A stretch of 64,000 nucleotides of DNA from Minisyncoccota bacterium (GCA_021734995.1 JAIPHX010000004.1:18115-82114), one strand, 5' to 3'; shown: positions 1-8,741, counted from the first letter of the stretch. Notes: a model not told the origin generated them from the letters alone. Numbers and translations are program-made.

Positions 1-733
1 ATATGATATTTTTTGCAGTAACAAGTCTTTTTTGACCTTGTCGTACTTCACTATTAAAATCTTTATCTATTGTATATAAACTTGGAAATTTTCCATTAGG
101 TAATGTAAAAGGATTCGCTGGATCGTAAATATAAGTTTTATCACCATCCTCTAATAGGATAAAGCTATGCGCCTCTGATTCTAGATTTTCTCCATCCTTA
201 TTCCAACACACTTCACCACTGAAATATCGTGATTGGATACTTTCATTCTGCAAATAAACCTGTGCTAATGCTGATATTTCTGCACATTCTGCACTGTTTA
301 ATCTAAATACATCACTTATTTTAATATCTTTTTCTTCGTATATTTTTTGACGAGAGTTTGCTCCTTGTGGATTATAAGGAAACTGTTCGTCATAGCTCCT
401 TGAAAAAGCAATGAGTTTTGCAAAAATTTCTGGGTTAATGTTTACCCCTTGTGCAACTAATTGTTTCTCAATTTTAATAAGATTATACCCTTCTGCAAGC
501 TTGCGAGTTTTAACAAAAAAATCTTTTAAGTTTTCAAAATCTGCAATTGCTGTCACGTTTACTTTTGCAGAAAACATACTTTCTCCTCCTACTGGGATAA
601 TATCATTTTCTGCTATTTCGCTAATTTCAAAACAATGATCAAAAATCATCTCAATATTTTGGTTTGAAGATGATTCTATTTTGGGCTTATTTACTTTAGA
701 TATACCTGATTTAAATTCTCCCATAGTGCTCAT
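1..733 (-). CDS. transglutaminase-like cysteine peptidase domain protein (N-terminal part; runs off window start)
   Basis: Minus-strand ORF starts at ATG 733 (MSTMGEFKSG...) and continues past position 1. Contains a Cys...His...Asp arrangement typical of transglutaminase-like cores (SAECAEISALAQVY ... EAHSFILLEDG ... YIYDPAN). Not in the ORF track because it is truncated by the window edge. Confidence 0.4.
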   Translation of the reverse strand, partial: MSTMGEFKSGISKVNKPKIESSSNQNIEMIFDHCFEISEIAENDIIPVGGESMFSAKVNVTAIADFENLKDFFVKTRKLAEGYNLIKIEKQLVAQGVNINPEIFAKLIAFSRSYDEQFPYNPQGANSRQKIYEEKDIKISDVFRLNSAECAEISALAQVYLQNESIQSRYFSGEVCWNKDGENLESEAHSFILLEDGDKTYIYDPANPFTLPNGKFPSLYTIDKDFNSEVRQGQKRLVTAKNII

Positions 734-771
734 TTTAGCATAAAATATTAATACCAGGTATGGGTCGATTA

Positions 772-1143
772 TTATGTCAGATTTTTTATGTATGACTGAA
801 AATCATGAAAGCTCTTGAATATTTGATTATCCTTTTGGTTCTTGTAGCGTATTATTGAAACAGCTTCTGGAATATTAATAATCTCTAATTCATTTAAAAA
901 TTTTACGAGAAATTCTTTTGAAATATCTTCTAAAATGAAGCCAACAATTGATGGATTCGGATACGCACTTAATACTATTCCTTTACTTCCCTTTTCTAAA
1001 AAATATTTAATTTGAAATCTCCATAACTTATCAATCTTTTCAATATCAATAGTTGAATCAAATATAATTTCGAAAAACTTATTTTCGTAATCGAGATCTA
1101 TTTCTGGGTCAAATGACCAATTGTCTTCGCGATAGGTTGTCAT
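772..1143 (-). CDS. hypothetical protein
   Basis: 123-aa ORF with no recognisable motifs; adjacent to the serine recombinase. Confidence 0.35.
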   Translation of the reverse strand: MTTYREDNWSFDPEIDLDYENKFFEIIFDSTIDIEKIDKLWRFQIKYFLEKGSKGIVLSAYPNPSIVGFILEDISKEFLVKFLNELEIINIPEAVSIIRYKNQKDNQIFKSFHDFQSYIKNLT

Positions 1144-1331
1144 AAAAAAATTATACCATACCGGAAAGCGGAAAGCTTTACTTCACGATGGTAAAACTTG
1201 CCAAATTGGAAACTTGCGGAGATCCTCGTATTAGAACCTTTCAGTAATAAGGCCTGTAAGGCTTTGGGGATATCTTTCATATTATCATAACAACGCTCCT
1301 CGTGCGAACTAAAAAGTGACAAAAGTGACAC
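1140..1331 (-). CDS. hypothetical small protein
   Basis: 63-aa ORF overlapping the previous ORF by 4 nt; weak support. Confidence 0.2.
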   Translation of the reverse strand: MSLLSLFSSHEERCYDNMKDIPKALQALLLKGSNTRISASFQFGKFYHREVKLSAFRYGIIFL

Positions 1332-1445
1332 TACTTGGACATATAAAGTTACATGAACATGTCACTATTTTAGACACGATTATGCGACGAATTTTTAGTC
1401 CTGCATAGACTTAGCAAAACTATTGTTCTCTGACACCATTGGTAT

Positions 1446-2768
1446 ATGGAAACATATACAACAGCTAGGATTAATAAGGAAATCTTTGCACCAGTACAAA
1501 AGATAAGGTATGTACTGTATGCTCGTAAATCTACCGAATCAGAAGAACGACAAGTTCTTTCAATAGATAGCCAAATAAAAGAAATGCTTGAACTAGCAGA
1601 AAGAGAAAACTTAGAAATTGTAGAAATCAGGCGAGAATCTCATTCAGCTAAAGAATCAGGACAACGACCTGTGTATAAGGAAATATTAGAAGACATACGA
1701 CGAGGTAGATTCAACGGAATACTAACTTGGGCACCAGATAGGCTTTCAAGAAACGCAGGTGACTTAGGGAGTATCGTAGATTTAATGGACCAAAAGTTGT
1801 TATTAGAAATTCGTACCTACGGACAACATTTTAAGAACTCTCCAAATGAAAAGTTTCTATTAATGATTCTCTGTTCTCAAGCAAAACTTGAGAATGATAA
1901 CAAAAGTGTAAATGTTAAACGAGGATTAAGAACAAGAGTAGAGATGGGACTATGGCCTGCTCCTGCACCAACAGGATACCTTAAAGAGAAAAGGATGGAT
2001 AGGAAATGCGAGACATTAATTGACAGAGATAGAGCACCTACAATCAAGAAAATGTTTGAGAAAGTAGCCTATGAGCATTGGAGTGGAAGAAAGGTATATA
2101 ACTGGCTTCGATTTGATTTAAACTTCAGGACAGCTTATGGAAAGAAGCATCTTAGCCTAGGTAATATATACAAAATACTAGGAAATCATTTCTACTATGG
2201 AATCTTTGAATATCCAAGAAAAAGTGGCAATTGGTATACTGGTAAACATGAGTCACTTATTACCAAAGAACTATATGACCAGGTTCAAGTGCAAATACGA
2301 AGCCAAGTCCTTCGTGTAGAAAACAAGGAATTTGCTTTCACTAAAATGATGACTTGTGGATTATGTGGTTCTAGTATTACGGCTGATGAAAAGTTTAAAA
2401 AACAGAAAAATGGTAATGTTCACAGATATGTATATTATGGATGTACGAAGTCTCAAAAAGCTGATTGCAAATGTGGCTACACAGAAGAAAAGGATATTCT
2501 CAAACAATTTGAAGAGTTAATTGAAAAGATTAATATTAATGAAATTCAAATTAAAGAAAAAATTAAAGCTGATGTTGAAAAATTCACCAATTTACAAAAT
2601 TTCTTCTTGGGAATTAAAGAAAAACCTAAAATATCAAATATTGATATCCGAGGATATGCTAGATATGTACTAAAAGAAGGGAGTGATATTGAGAAAAGAG
2701 AATTGTTGGGGTGCCTGAGGGGAAAGATTGTTTTGAGTGATAAAAAGATATCTATTTTAATTTTATAA
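1446..2768 (+). CDS. large serine recombinase (resolvase/invertase catalytic domain + recombinase domain + zinc ribbon)
   Basis: N-terminal YVLYARKSTESEERQVLSIDSQ matches the serine-recombinase catalytic motif (nucleophilic Ser in the ARKST context). 440 aa with a C-terminal Cys cluster CGLCGSS...YYGCTKSQKADCKCG, as in large serine recombinases. Confidence 0.85.
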   Translation: METYTTARINKEIFAPVQKIRYVLYARKSTESEERQVLSIDSQIKEMLELAERENLEIVEIRRESHSAKESGQRPVYKEILEDIRRGRFNGILTWAPDRLSRNAGDLGSIVDLMDQKLLLEIRTYGQHFKNSPNEKFLLMILCSQAKLENDNKSVNVKRGLRTRVEMGLWPAPAPTGYLKEKRMDRKCETLIDRDRAPTIKKMFEKVAYEHWSGRKVYNWLRFDLNFRTAYGKKHLSLGNIYKILGNHFYYGIFEYPRKSGNWYTGKHESLITKELYDQVQVQIRSQVLRVENKEFAFTKMMTCGLCGSSITADEKFKKQKNGNVHRYVYYGCTKSQKADCKCGYTEEKDILKQFEELIEKININEIQIKEKIKADVEKFTNLQNFFLGIKEKPKISNIDIRGYARYVLKEGSDIEKRELLGCLRGKIVLSDKKISILIL

Positions 2769-2802
2769 TAGTTTGGTATCTGTTTATAAATAAGAATTCA
2801 AA

Positions 2803-3702
2803 TTATTTTCTTTCTTTTATAGAGGTAATTTTATTTCCATTATGCATACTTGAAATTTTTCCATCAGCACCGTATCTATAATCTACTGTATTTAAACCAA
2901 TTGCGGGTATATTAGTAATATTTCCACCTTCACTTGGAATTAAAGCACCTAATCCTTTATTTTCAGGCTTCATTGTTCGTTCTTGAAAATTTATAAGTTC
3001 ATTAAAATCAAATGATTCTTTTAATTTAAAGGCGTCATCTTTTCTTACTCTTAAAAAAATAAAAGGTCCATCAATCTGAGTATTATTTTTTACCAATTGA
3101 TAAGTTCTTTCGTCAATTTTCTTATACACTCCAATATCTATTGATTGAGCAATTGTTTTTCCAGTTTTTGAGTCTGTTGCACTAAAATCATCGAGCCATC
3201 CTGAACCTTTCTTTGAATCATAAAATACTATTACATCAGAAGGATCTCTTTCTTTCTTCTCTCCCTTGTCATCACCCAAATAATCTGGGTTGTCTAAAAT
3301 ATTTTTAGTTCTTTGAACTTGTCCATTTTCTAAAACCTTGTAAACAGAACCTCTTTCAGTCTCGAATGATTCAAATTTTAAAATGTTATTTAATTCTTTT
3401 TCTGGAGTTTTATTTTGTATTTCATAAACAGAAGTCAATGTTTGTACTACATATTTTCCGTTTTCTACTTTTATACTCTTTATGTTACTTGTATTTCCAC
3501 CATTATCAAACTCAATAGGAAAACCAATCCTAACATTATTTTTCAATTTTCCTTGTAGTATATATCCAACTTCTAAATCTGAATTACCACTACTTGATTG
3601 TTTTAATAGAGACAATTCTTCACCAGTTTTTAATTCAAGTTTCTGGATAATATTTTCACTCTCAATTTTTTCATTATTTTGTGGGGGTATATCAAAAGCC
3701 AT
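2803..3702 (-). CDS. hypothetical protein (possible cargo of the recombinase island)
   Basis: 299-aa ORF with no recognisable domain; sits between the recombinase and tRNA-Trp. Confidence 0.45.
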   Translation of the reverse strand: MAFDIPPQNNEKIESENIIQKLELKTGEELSLLKQSSSGNSDLEVGYILQGKLKNNVRIGFPIEFDNGGNTSNIKSIKVENGKYVVQTLTSVYEIQNKTPEKELNNILKFESFETERGSVYKVLENGQVQRTKNILDNPDYLGDDKGEKKERDPSDVIVFYDSKKGSGWLDDFSATDSKTGKTIAQSIDIGVYKKIDERTYQLVKNNTQIDGPFIFLRVRKDDAFKLKESFDFNELINFQERTMKPENKGLGALIPSEGGNITNIPAIGLNTVDYRYGADGKISSMHNGNKITSIKERK

Positions 3703-3793
3703 ATATTTATAATATCAAATTTTTTACTATTTTAATAGTATTATTTTTAGATATTAAATATTTGCAGACAACACATCTCGTGCTAGCTGTCAA

Positions 3794-3867
3794 TGGCGGG
3801 CGATGAGAGAATCGAACTCCCGATAACGGTTTTGGAGACCGTAGTTATGCCACTTAACTAATCGCCC
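3794..3867 (-). tRNA. tRNA-Trp (anticodon CCA)
   Basis: Reverse complement GGGCGATTAGTTAAGTGGCATAACTACGGTCTCCAAAACCGTTATCGGGAGTTCGATTCTCTCATCGCCCGCCA folds as a clean cloverleaf: acceptor GGGCGAT/ATCGCCC, D stem GTTA/TAAC, anticodon stem ACGGT/ACCGT with loop CTCCAAA (anticodon CCA), T arm GGGAG-TTCGATT-CTCTC, encoded CCA. Confidence 0.85.
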
Positions 3868-3986
3868 ATACAACACATTTATTATTCAACACAACATCAG
3901 TACATTATTTATCTACCTACAACACAATACGCATTTTTTTCTCCCCAAAAAAACAAAAACAATCCTGGATTTCTGCAAAACCCAAT

Positions 3987-4064
3987 AGGGCTCAAACAGG
4001 AATCGAACCTGCTCAGCCGGCATATATTTTCAAGCCGACCATTCTTCCGTTAAACTATAAGCCC
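3987..4064 (-). tRNA. tRNA-like element with an atypical anticodon arm (possible tRNA-Phe(GAA)-derived pseudogene or non-canonical tRNA)
   Basis: Reverse complement GGGCTTATAGTTTAACGGAAGAATGGTCGGCTTGAAAATATATGCCGGCTGAGCAGGTTCGATTCCTGTTTGAGCCC has a perfect 7-bp acceptor (GGGCTTA/TGAGCCC), U8-A9 and a canonical T arm (GCAGG-TTCGATT-CCTGT). The anticodon stem TCGGC/GCCGG encloses a 12-nt loop (TTGAAAATATAT) instead of 7, the D stem pairs poorly, there is one extra nt before the acceptor 3' strand, and no CCA is encoded. Confidence 0.4.
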
Positions 4065-4169
4065 GTGCTCCCCAGCTGGTAACTGAGGAGTCCTCAGACA
4101 GCTTTTTACTAGTAATCAAGCTTCTGATAGTAAAAAAGAACAACACGACGAACTTTCGCCGTATCGTTA

Positions 4170-4198
4170 ATTATAGCATATTTATATTTTTCAAACAA
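4170..4198 (-). promoter_or_regulatory. candidate sigma70-type promoter (TTGTTT-17-TATAAT) reading toward the tRNA-like element
   Basis: On the minus strand: TTGTTTgaaaaatataaatatgcTATAATtaacg, about 100 nt upstream of the tRNA-like 5' end and directly after the rpmG terminator. Confidence 0.35.
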
Positions 4199-4240
4199 AA
4201 AAATACCCTATAAAGCTTAATTTATAAGGGTATTTTTTAT
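4199..4240 (-). terminator. intrinsic terminator hairpin downstream of rpmG (palindromic, usable on either strand)
   Basis: AAATACCCTATAAAgcttaaTTTATAAGGGTATTT inverted repeat flanked by an A-run and a T-run, immediately after the rpmG stop codon. Confidence 0.5.
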
Positions 4241-4404
4241 TATTTCTTAACTTCTTTATGCTTTAAACTTTTTTTGCACCATTTGCAAAACTTTTTTAGT
4301 TCAAGCTTAGTGGTAACAGTTTTTTTGTTTTTACTTGACCAATAGTTAATCCTCTTGCAAGTACCGCAAGCAAGCTTTATTAGTCTATCTTGTGATTTAG
4401 CCAT
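4240..4404 (-). CDS. rpmG: 50S ribosomal protein L33 (Cys4 zinc-ribbon type)
   Basis: Hand translation of the minus strand gives MAKSQDRLIKLACGTCKRINYWSSKNKKTVTTKLELKKFCKWCKKSLKHKEVKK (54 aa). This has the L33 signature (KLELKKF, paired CxxC). Absent from the ORF track because it is under 60 aa. Confidence 0.8.
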   Translation of the reverse strand: MAKSQDRLIKLACGTCKRINYWSSKNKKTVTTKLELKKFCKWCKKSLKHKEVKK

Positions 4405-4458
4405 ATAGATAAAGAATAATACAATTTTAAAGAAAAAGCAAGAATTTTAAGTTTTACA

Positions 4459-4881
4459 TCATAAAACAGAACTAGCCAATTCTTCTGTATCTTTTTTTAT
4501 TTTTTCAAAATTATCTTCTGTCAAATTTTCGTCATTCAACCTATCCACAATAGAATTATATTTTTCCCAAAACCCACTAAAAGTATCGTTAATATCCACT
4601 TCATTTGTGTCAAATTGGGTAACCTCTCTTTGTTCTTTTGAAACATTTTTATACTTATCTATTTCTATATCAATATATTCTTTTAAATGAAGTAATGGAT
4701 TTGTCTTTATGTATTTTTTTAATTCCTCAAATGTTTTTTGATTGAACATAGTAAAAGCATAAAGTTGATTAAAAGAATCAGCTAATCTTTTTTTTAAATC
4801 CATTAGATAATCAACCTGTACAAATTGACCATCATCTTGTGAGGCATCCCCCAAACCTATACCATCACCAATATTTTTCAT
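4459..4881 (-). CDS. hypothetical protein
   Basis: 140-aa ORF with no recognisable motif. Confidence 0.4.
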   Translation of the reverse strand: MKNIGDGIGLGDASQDDGQFVQVDYLMDLKKRLADSFNQLYAFTMFNQKTFEELKKYIKTNPLLHLKEYIDIEIDKYKNVSKEQREVTQFDTNEVDINDTFSGFWEKYNSIVDRLNDENLTEDNFEKIKKDTEELASSVL

Positions 4882-4910
4882 AAATATATCTTTAAAATTA
4901 TTATTAATTG

Positions 4911-5894
4911 TTAGACCGAAACCTTTAAATCATTAATCTTGTTGAAGTTATCTATAGCTAGAGTTATCAAAATATCCAAAAGTTCAGCTATTGGTAATCC
5001 ACCATACTCCCAAAGCTTTGGATACATACTAATGTCTGTGAATCCAGGTAAAGTGTTTATTTCATTTACCAAAACTTTTCCATTTTTTTGCAAAAAGAAG
5101 TCTACCCTAGCAAGACCGCTACAATCCAAAGTTTCAAATACTTTTATTGCTAAATCTTGTATTTCTTTTGCCTTACTTTCTGAGAGCTTCGCAGGAATTT
5201 CCAATCTTGCTCCATTTTGATCTGTGTATTTTGCTTCGTAAGAATAGAAATCTTTTAGTGGGATAATTTCCCCCAAAATAGAAGCGGTAGGGTTTTCATT
5301 GCCCAAGACTGCACATTCTATTTCTCTTCCTTTTGTTTCTTCTTCTATTATGATTTTTTTATCATACAAAAAAGACTCTTTGATTGCGCTGATAAATTCT
5401 TTTTCATTTTTTACTTTTGAAATACCAACAGAAGAACCCATATTTGCTGGCTTTACAAACATCGGCAAACCCAAACTCTTTTTTATTTCTTTAAAATTCA
5501 CGTCTTGCCCTTTTTTTATAATTTCAAATTTTCCTACAGGCAATCCCTTGTCTCGTAAAACTCTTTTTGCTATCTCTTTATCCATTCCAAGGGCAGATCC
5601 TAAAACAGAAGCACCCACGAAAGGCAACCCCAATATCTTTAGAAATCCCTGCATGCTTCCATCTTCTCCGTAAGGGCCATGCAACACAGGAAATACTACA
5701 TCTGCTTTAGATACAAAATCAAGAGAAAATTCTCCCTTTTTTGAAATTTTTACAGGCAAAACATTATATTTTTCTTTATCAAAAGATCCTATAATATTTT
5801 TAGCAGAATTTAAAGATACTTCATGTTCTGCGGATCTTCCTCCATACAAGACAGCTACTGTAATCTTTGGTATTTTTTTTGTATTTTTTTTCAT
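4911..5894 (-). CDS. ddl: D-alanine--D-alanine ligase
   Basis: ATP-grasp Ddl motifs: ITVAVLYGGRSAEHEVSL, VLHGPYGEDGSMQGFLKILGLPFVG, and a C-terminal ATP-grasp region. Confidence 0.85.
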   Translation of the reverse strand: MKKNTKKIPKITVAVLYGGRSAEHEVSLNSAKNIIGSFDKEKYNVLPVKISKKGEFSLDFVSKADVVFPVLHGPYGEDGSMQGFLKILGLPFVGASVLGSALGMDKEIAKRVLRDKGLPVGKFEIIKKGQDVNFKEIKKSLGLPMFVKPANMGSSVGISKVKNEKEFISAIKESFLYDKKIIIEEETKGREIECAVLGNENPTASILGEIIPLKDFYSYEAKYTDQNGARLEIPAKLSESKAKEIQDLAIKVFETLDCSGLARVDFFLQKNGKVLVNEINTLPGFTDISMYPKLWEYGGLPIAELLDILITLAIDNFNKINDLKVSV

Positions 5895-5960
5895 TTTTTA
5901 ATAAATAAATTAGGCCGATAAATTATACAGAACTTTACTGAACACCTTTATTATATCATC

Positions 5961-6698
5961 TCAAAAAAGAATCGCATCTTTCAACGATTTTGATACATTT
6001 GTCAGGTTTATACAGCTTTTTTCTGTAATCAATACCATATCTTCAATCCTTACCCCGCCAAAGTTTTTTAAATAAATTCCAGGTTCTATTGTCATCACAC
6101 ATCCCTCTGGTAAAATGTCTCCACTTGCAGGTTTTAAATTTGGCCATTCGTGTATGACCGTACCTACTCCATGACCAAGCCCATGCGGAAACTTTTTTGC
6201 CCCAAATTTTTTATTCAAAAAATCTCTAGCTACTTTGTCTAAAACAGAAGCTCGCCTTTCCCCTTTTTTAATTTTTTCTATTACTTTCTCTTCTGCTTCA
6301 AGTACTGCTAAATATATTTTTTCTTGTTTTTTGTTTGGTTTACCCCAAAAATATGTCCTTGTCATATCAGAACAATAGCTGTTTATTGTGCATCCAAAAT
6401 CAAACATCACTGTATCCCCTATTTTTAATTTTGTCTTATTTGGCTCATGATGAATATTTGCAGTATTTTTTCCAAAAGCGACAATTGGAGGAAAAGCCAA
6501 TACAGGTGCTCCGTATTTGATAAAAGAGTTTTCAATAAACTGAGCGGTAGATATCTCAGTAACCCCCGTTTTTAAATATTTTAAAACATCCTTCAATACT
6601 TTTTCACTTATTCTTTGAGCTTTAATAATATTTTTTAATTCTTTTTGAGTCTTCACTGCTCGCACTTCATGAATCAATTTTGTGTTCATATTAACCAT
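5961..6698 (-). CDS. M24-family metallopeptidase (aminopeptidase catalytic pita-bread domain)
   Basis: Metal-ligand pattern D..D...H...E...E: GDTVMFDFGCTINSYCSDMT, HGLGHGVGTVIHEWP, VMTIEPGIY, VRIEDMV. 245 aa, a single catalytic domain. Confidence 0.7.
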   Translation of the reverse strand: MVNMNTKLIHEVRAVKTQKELKNIIKAQRISEKVLKDVLKYLKTGVTEISTAQFIENSFIKYGAPVLAFPPIVAFGKNTANIHHEPNKTKLKIGDTVMFDFGCTINSYCSDMTRTYFWGKPNKKQEKIYLAVLEAEEKVIEKIKKGERRASVLDKVARDFLNKKFGAKKFPHGLGHGVGTVIHEWPNLKPASGDILPEGCVMTIEPGIYLKNFGGVRIEDMVLITEKSCINLTNVSKSLKDAILF

Positions 6699-6761
6699 TA
6701 TGCAATATATTTAAGATATTTTCTAGTTTCAATATATTTTTAAAAAAGATATAATGATGTT

Positions 6762-7004
6762 ATGTTTAATATTTTAAACTATAAAATCAAAATATATAAA
6801 GATAAAAATGGAATTTACGCAGGATACGTACCCTCTCTAAAAAGTTGTTATACTCAAGCAAAAAATCTAAAGGAGCTAAAATCAAGACTCCAAGAAGTTG
6901 TCATGTTGTCTTTAGAAACCAAAAACGAGGTCGGAAGAACCAGTGAGTTCATGGGTAAGAATGTCAAATCCTATGCCAAAACTGGTGCCAATTTCACCTC
7001 ATAA
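6762..7004 (+). CDS. hicB: HicB-family antitoxin-like protein
   Basis: 80 aa with the HicB/UPF0150 pattern (YKIKIYKDKNGIYAGYVPSLKSCYTQAKNLKELKSRLQEVV); directly followed by and overlapping a HicA-like gene. Confidence 0.55.
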   Translation: MFNILNYKIKIYKDKNGIYAGYVPSLKSCYTQAKNLKELKSRLQEVVMLSLETKNEVGRTSEFMGKNVKSYAKTGANFTS

Positions 7005-7209
7005 ATTAATAAAAATACTTAAAAAGCTAGGCTTCCGTGAAGAAAGAATAAGAGGTAGTCACCATTTTTTTGTAAATCCAATTTCAAAAAAAACAACAAC
7101 GATACCCATACACAATAATGAATCTTTAGGCATAGGTATCTTAAAATTAATCTTAAAAGATATTAATTTATCAACAGAAGAGTATGAAAAGCTAAGGAAG
7201 ACAATCTAG
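6973..7209 (+). CDS. hicA: HicA-family mRNA interferase toxin-like protein
   Basis: KLIKILKKLGFREERIRGSHHFFVNP matches the HicA/YcfA signature (…L.K.GF…GSHH.F). Likely start is ATG 6973 (MPKLVP…); the track ORF begins at 6943. Overlaps the hicB 3' end. Confidence 0.6.
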   Translation: MPKLVPISPHKLIKILKKLGFREERIRGSHHFFVNPISKKTTTIPIHNNESLGIGILKLILKDINLSTEEYEKLRKTI

Positions 7210-8117
7210 TAATCAATCAGCACGTCTACAATCTTTTCCATATCAGCAAAGCGACCACTAGTAGTAGAACCTAGAATACTAATAGCAAAAATGTTTTCAT
7301 TTTTAGTCTTTAAAATAACAGCTAAATTTCCACCAGCTAGAGTAGTATTACCTGTCTTAGAAAACAAAAACTCTTTTTGTGGTATTAAAACATTTGTATT
7401 TTTAGCAAAATGCTCAAATCCAGAGATAGATTTAAAATTTTTCTCTGCTAAAACACTACTTTCAAAAATATCTGGAGAAACTTTATAAGCATGCACAGAC
7501 ATCAGGTTGACATCTAAGGCGGAAGCGAGAGCTCCAGCTTTCAGCTCTCCATCTTTTTCAAAATCTAATCCTGTAAAATTAAAAAAGGAAGCATTTTTCA
7601 TTCCAATTCTTTGAGCTTTCTCGTTCATTTTTTCTATCAAATCTTTTTGTTCTTTTTCTTCCCAATACTCTGCCAAAGCATAAATACCGTCATTTGCCGA
7701 AACCATAAAAGCATATTCTGCTAAATCTTTTATTTTCCATTTCTCCATTTTGTATAGACCAAAATCACCATTTTGACTTATGGCTAAAGAAGAGAGAGAA
7801 GTAACATCTTCTGGATTTATATTAGGTAAGATGGTAATCAGTGTCATTGTCTTAGAAAGTGAAGCGATAGGTATGGGAGAGCCATCGTTTTTTCCATACA
7901 CAACCTTGTTTTTATTTACATCATATACAGATATTGCTTTTGCTTTTAAGTCTAGCGACTCAATTTCTTTTTTAATATTCCCAAGAAATTCCTTTTCCGC
8001 AATTTCTATATTTTTTAATCTAGATTCTTCTTTAAAATTAAAAAATAGAAAACACCCAGCCAAAATAGCTGTAATGACTAAAACAGTGATCAGGCTTCTA
8101 TTGTGTATCTCCTCCAT
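7206..8117 (-). CDS. D-alanyl-D-alanine carboxypeptidase (S11 family PBP)
   Basis: SxxK (ASLSKTMT), SxN (SAND) and KTG (KTGNT) motifs; N-terminal membrane anchor. Confidence 0.75.
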   Translation of the reverse strand: MEEIHNRSLITVLVITAILAGCFLFFNFKEESRLKNIEIAEKEFLGNIKKEIESLDLKAKAISVYDVNKNKVVYGKNDGSPIPIASLSKTMTLITILPNINPEDVTSLSSLAISQNGDFGLYKMEKWKIKDLAEYAFMVSANDGIYALAEYWEEKEQKDLIEKMNEKAQRIGMKNASFFNFTGLDFEKDGELKAGALASALDVNLMSVHAYKVSPDIFESSVLAEKNFKSISGFEHFAKNTNVLIPQKEFLFSKTGNTTLAGGNLAVILKTKNENIFAISILGSTTSGRFADMEKIVDVLIDY

Positions 8118-8712
8118 CAGTTTGGTTGGTGTTTTGATTTAAAATACTTTCTTCTTCTTTCTCTTTTGTCTGTATATTTTCTTCTTGCATTTTTTGAGTA
8201 GTATTGTTTAAAACTTTTATTGTCTCCATATAATCTGGTAATTCTTCTACACTTTTTACCCCTAGATAAGACAGTAAGTCAAAAGTAGGTTTATATATAA
8301 GTTTTCTACTATCATTTGGATCAATTTCTTTTTGGATCAAACCACGAATAGCCAAAGCTCTTAAGATAAAGCTAGAATTCACTCCTCTTACATAATCAAT
8401 CTCTGCTCTAGTTGCTCCATTTTTATACAAAATAACAGAAAGAGTCTCCAAAGAAGCTTTTGATAAATCTTTGTTTACTTCTTCTTTTTGTAATTCTTCA
8501 AACAAAACAGAGAGTTCAGGGGAAGTTCCAAAAGCAATTTCATCTCCATTTTCTTGTAAAACAACTCCCCTGTTTTCTAAAGATGTTTTTAGTTTTAATA
8601 AAGCTTCATCTAAAACAGAAAGATGTACCTTAAAAATGTCGCAAAGCTTTGCTCTGCTCATAGGTTCTCCTTTCCAGAAAAGTACTGCTTCTATTTTTTT
8701 ATCTAATTCCAT
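8098..8712 (-). CDS. scpB: segregation and condensation protein B
   Basis: The ScpB N-terminus has a winged-helix pattern (IEAVLFWKGEPMSRAKLCDI…). Gene order is scpA-scpB. Confidence 0.8.
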   Translation of the reverse strand: MELDKKIEAVLFWKGEPMSRAKLCDIFKVHLSVLDEALLKLKTSLENRGVVLQENGDEIAFGTSPELSVLFEELQKEEVNKDLSKASLETLSVILYKNGATRAEIDYVRGVNSSFILRALAIRGLIQKEIDPNDSRKLIYKPTFDLLSYLGVKSVEELPDYMETIKVLNNTTQKMQEENIQTKEKEEESILNQNTNQTDGGDTQ

Positions 8713-8741
8713 ATATTTTTATATTAAAATAATAATTACAA

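Noticed and set aside
3987-4200. tmRNA (ssrA) interpretation of the tRNA-like element and its ~100-nt leader
   Set aside because: Too short (~190 nt against ~350 nt). There is no 5' GGGG acceptor partner 300 nt upstream, no resume codon or tag-peptide ORF, and no CCA.
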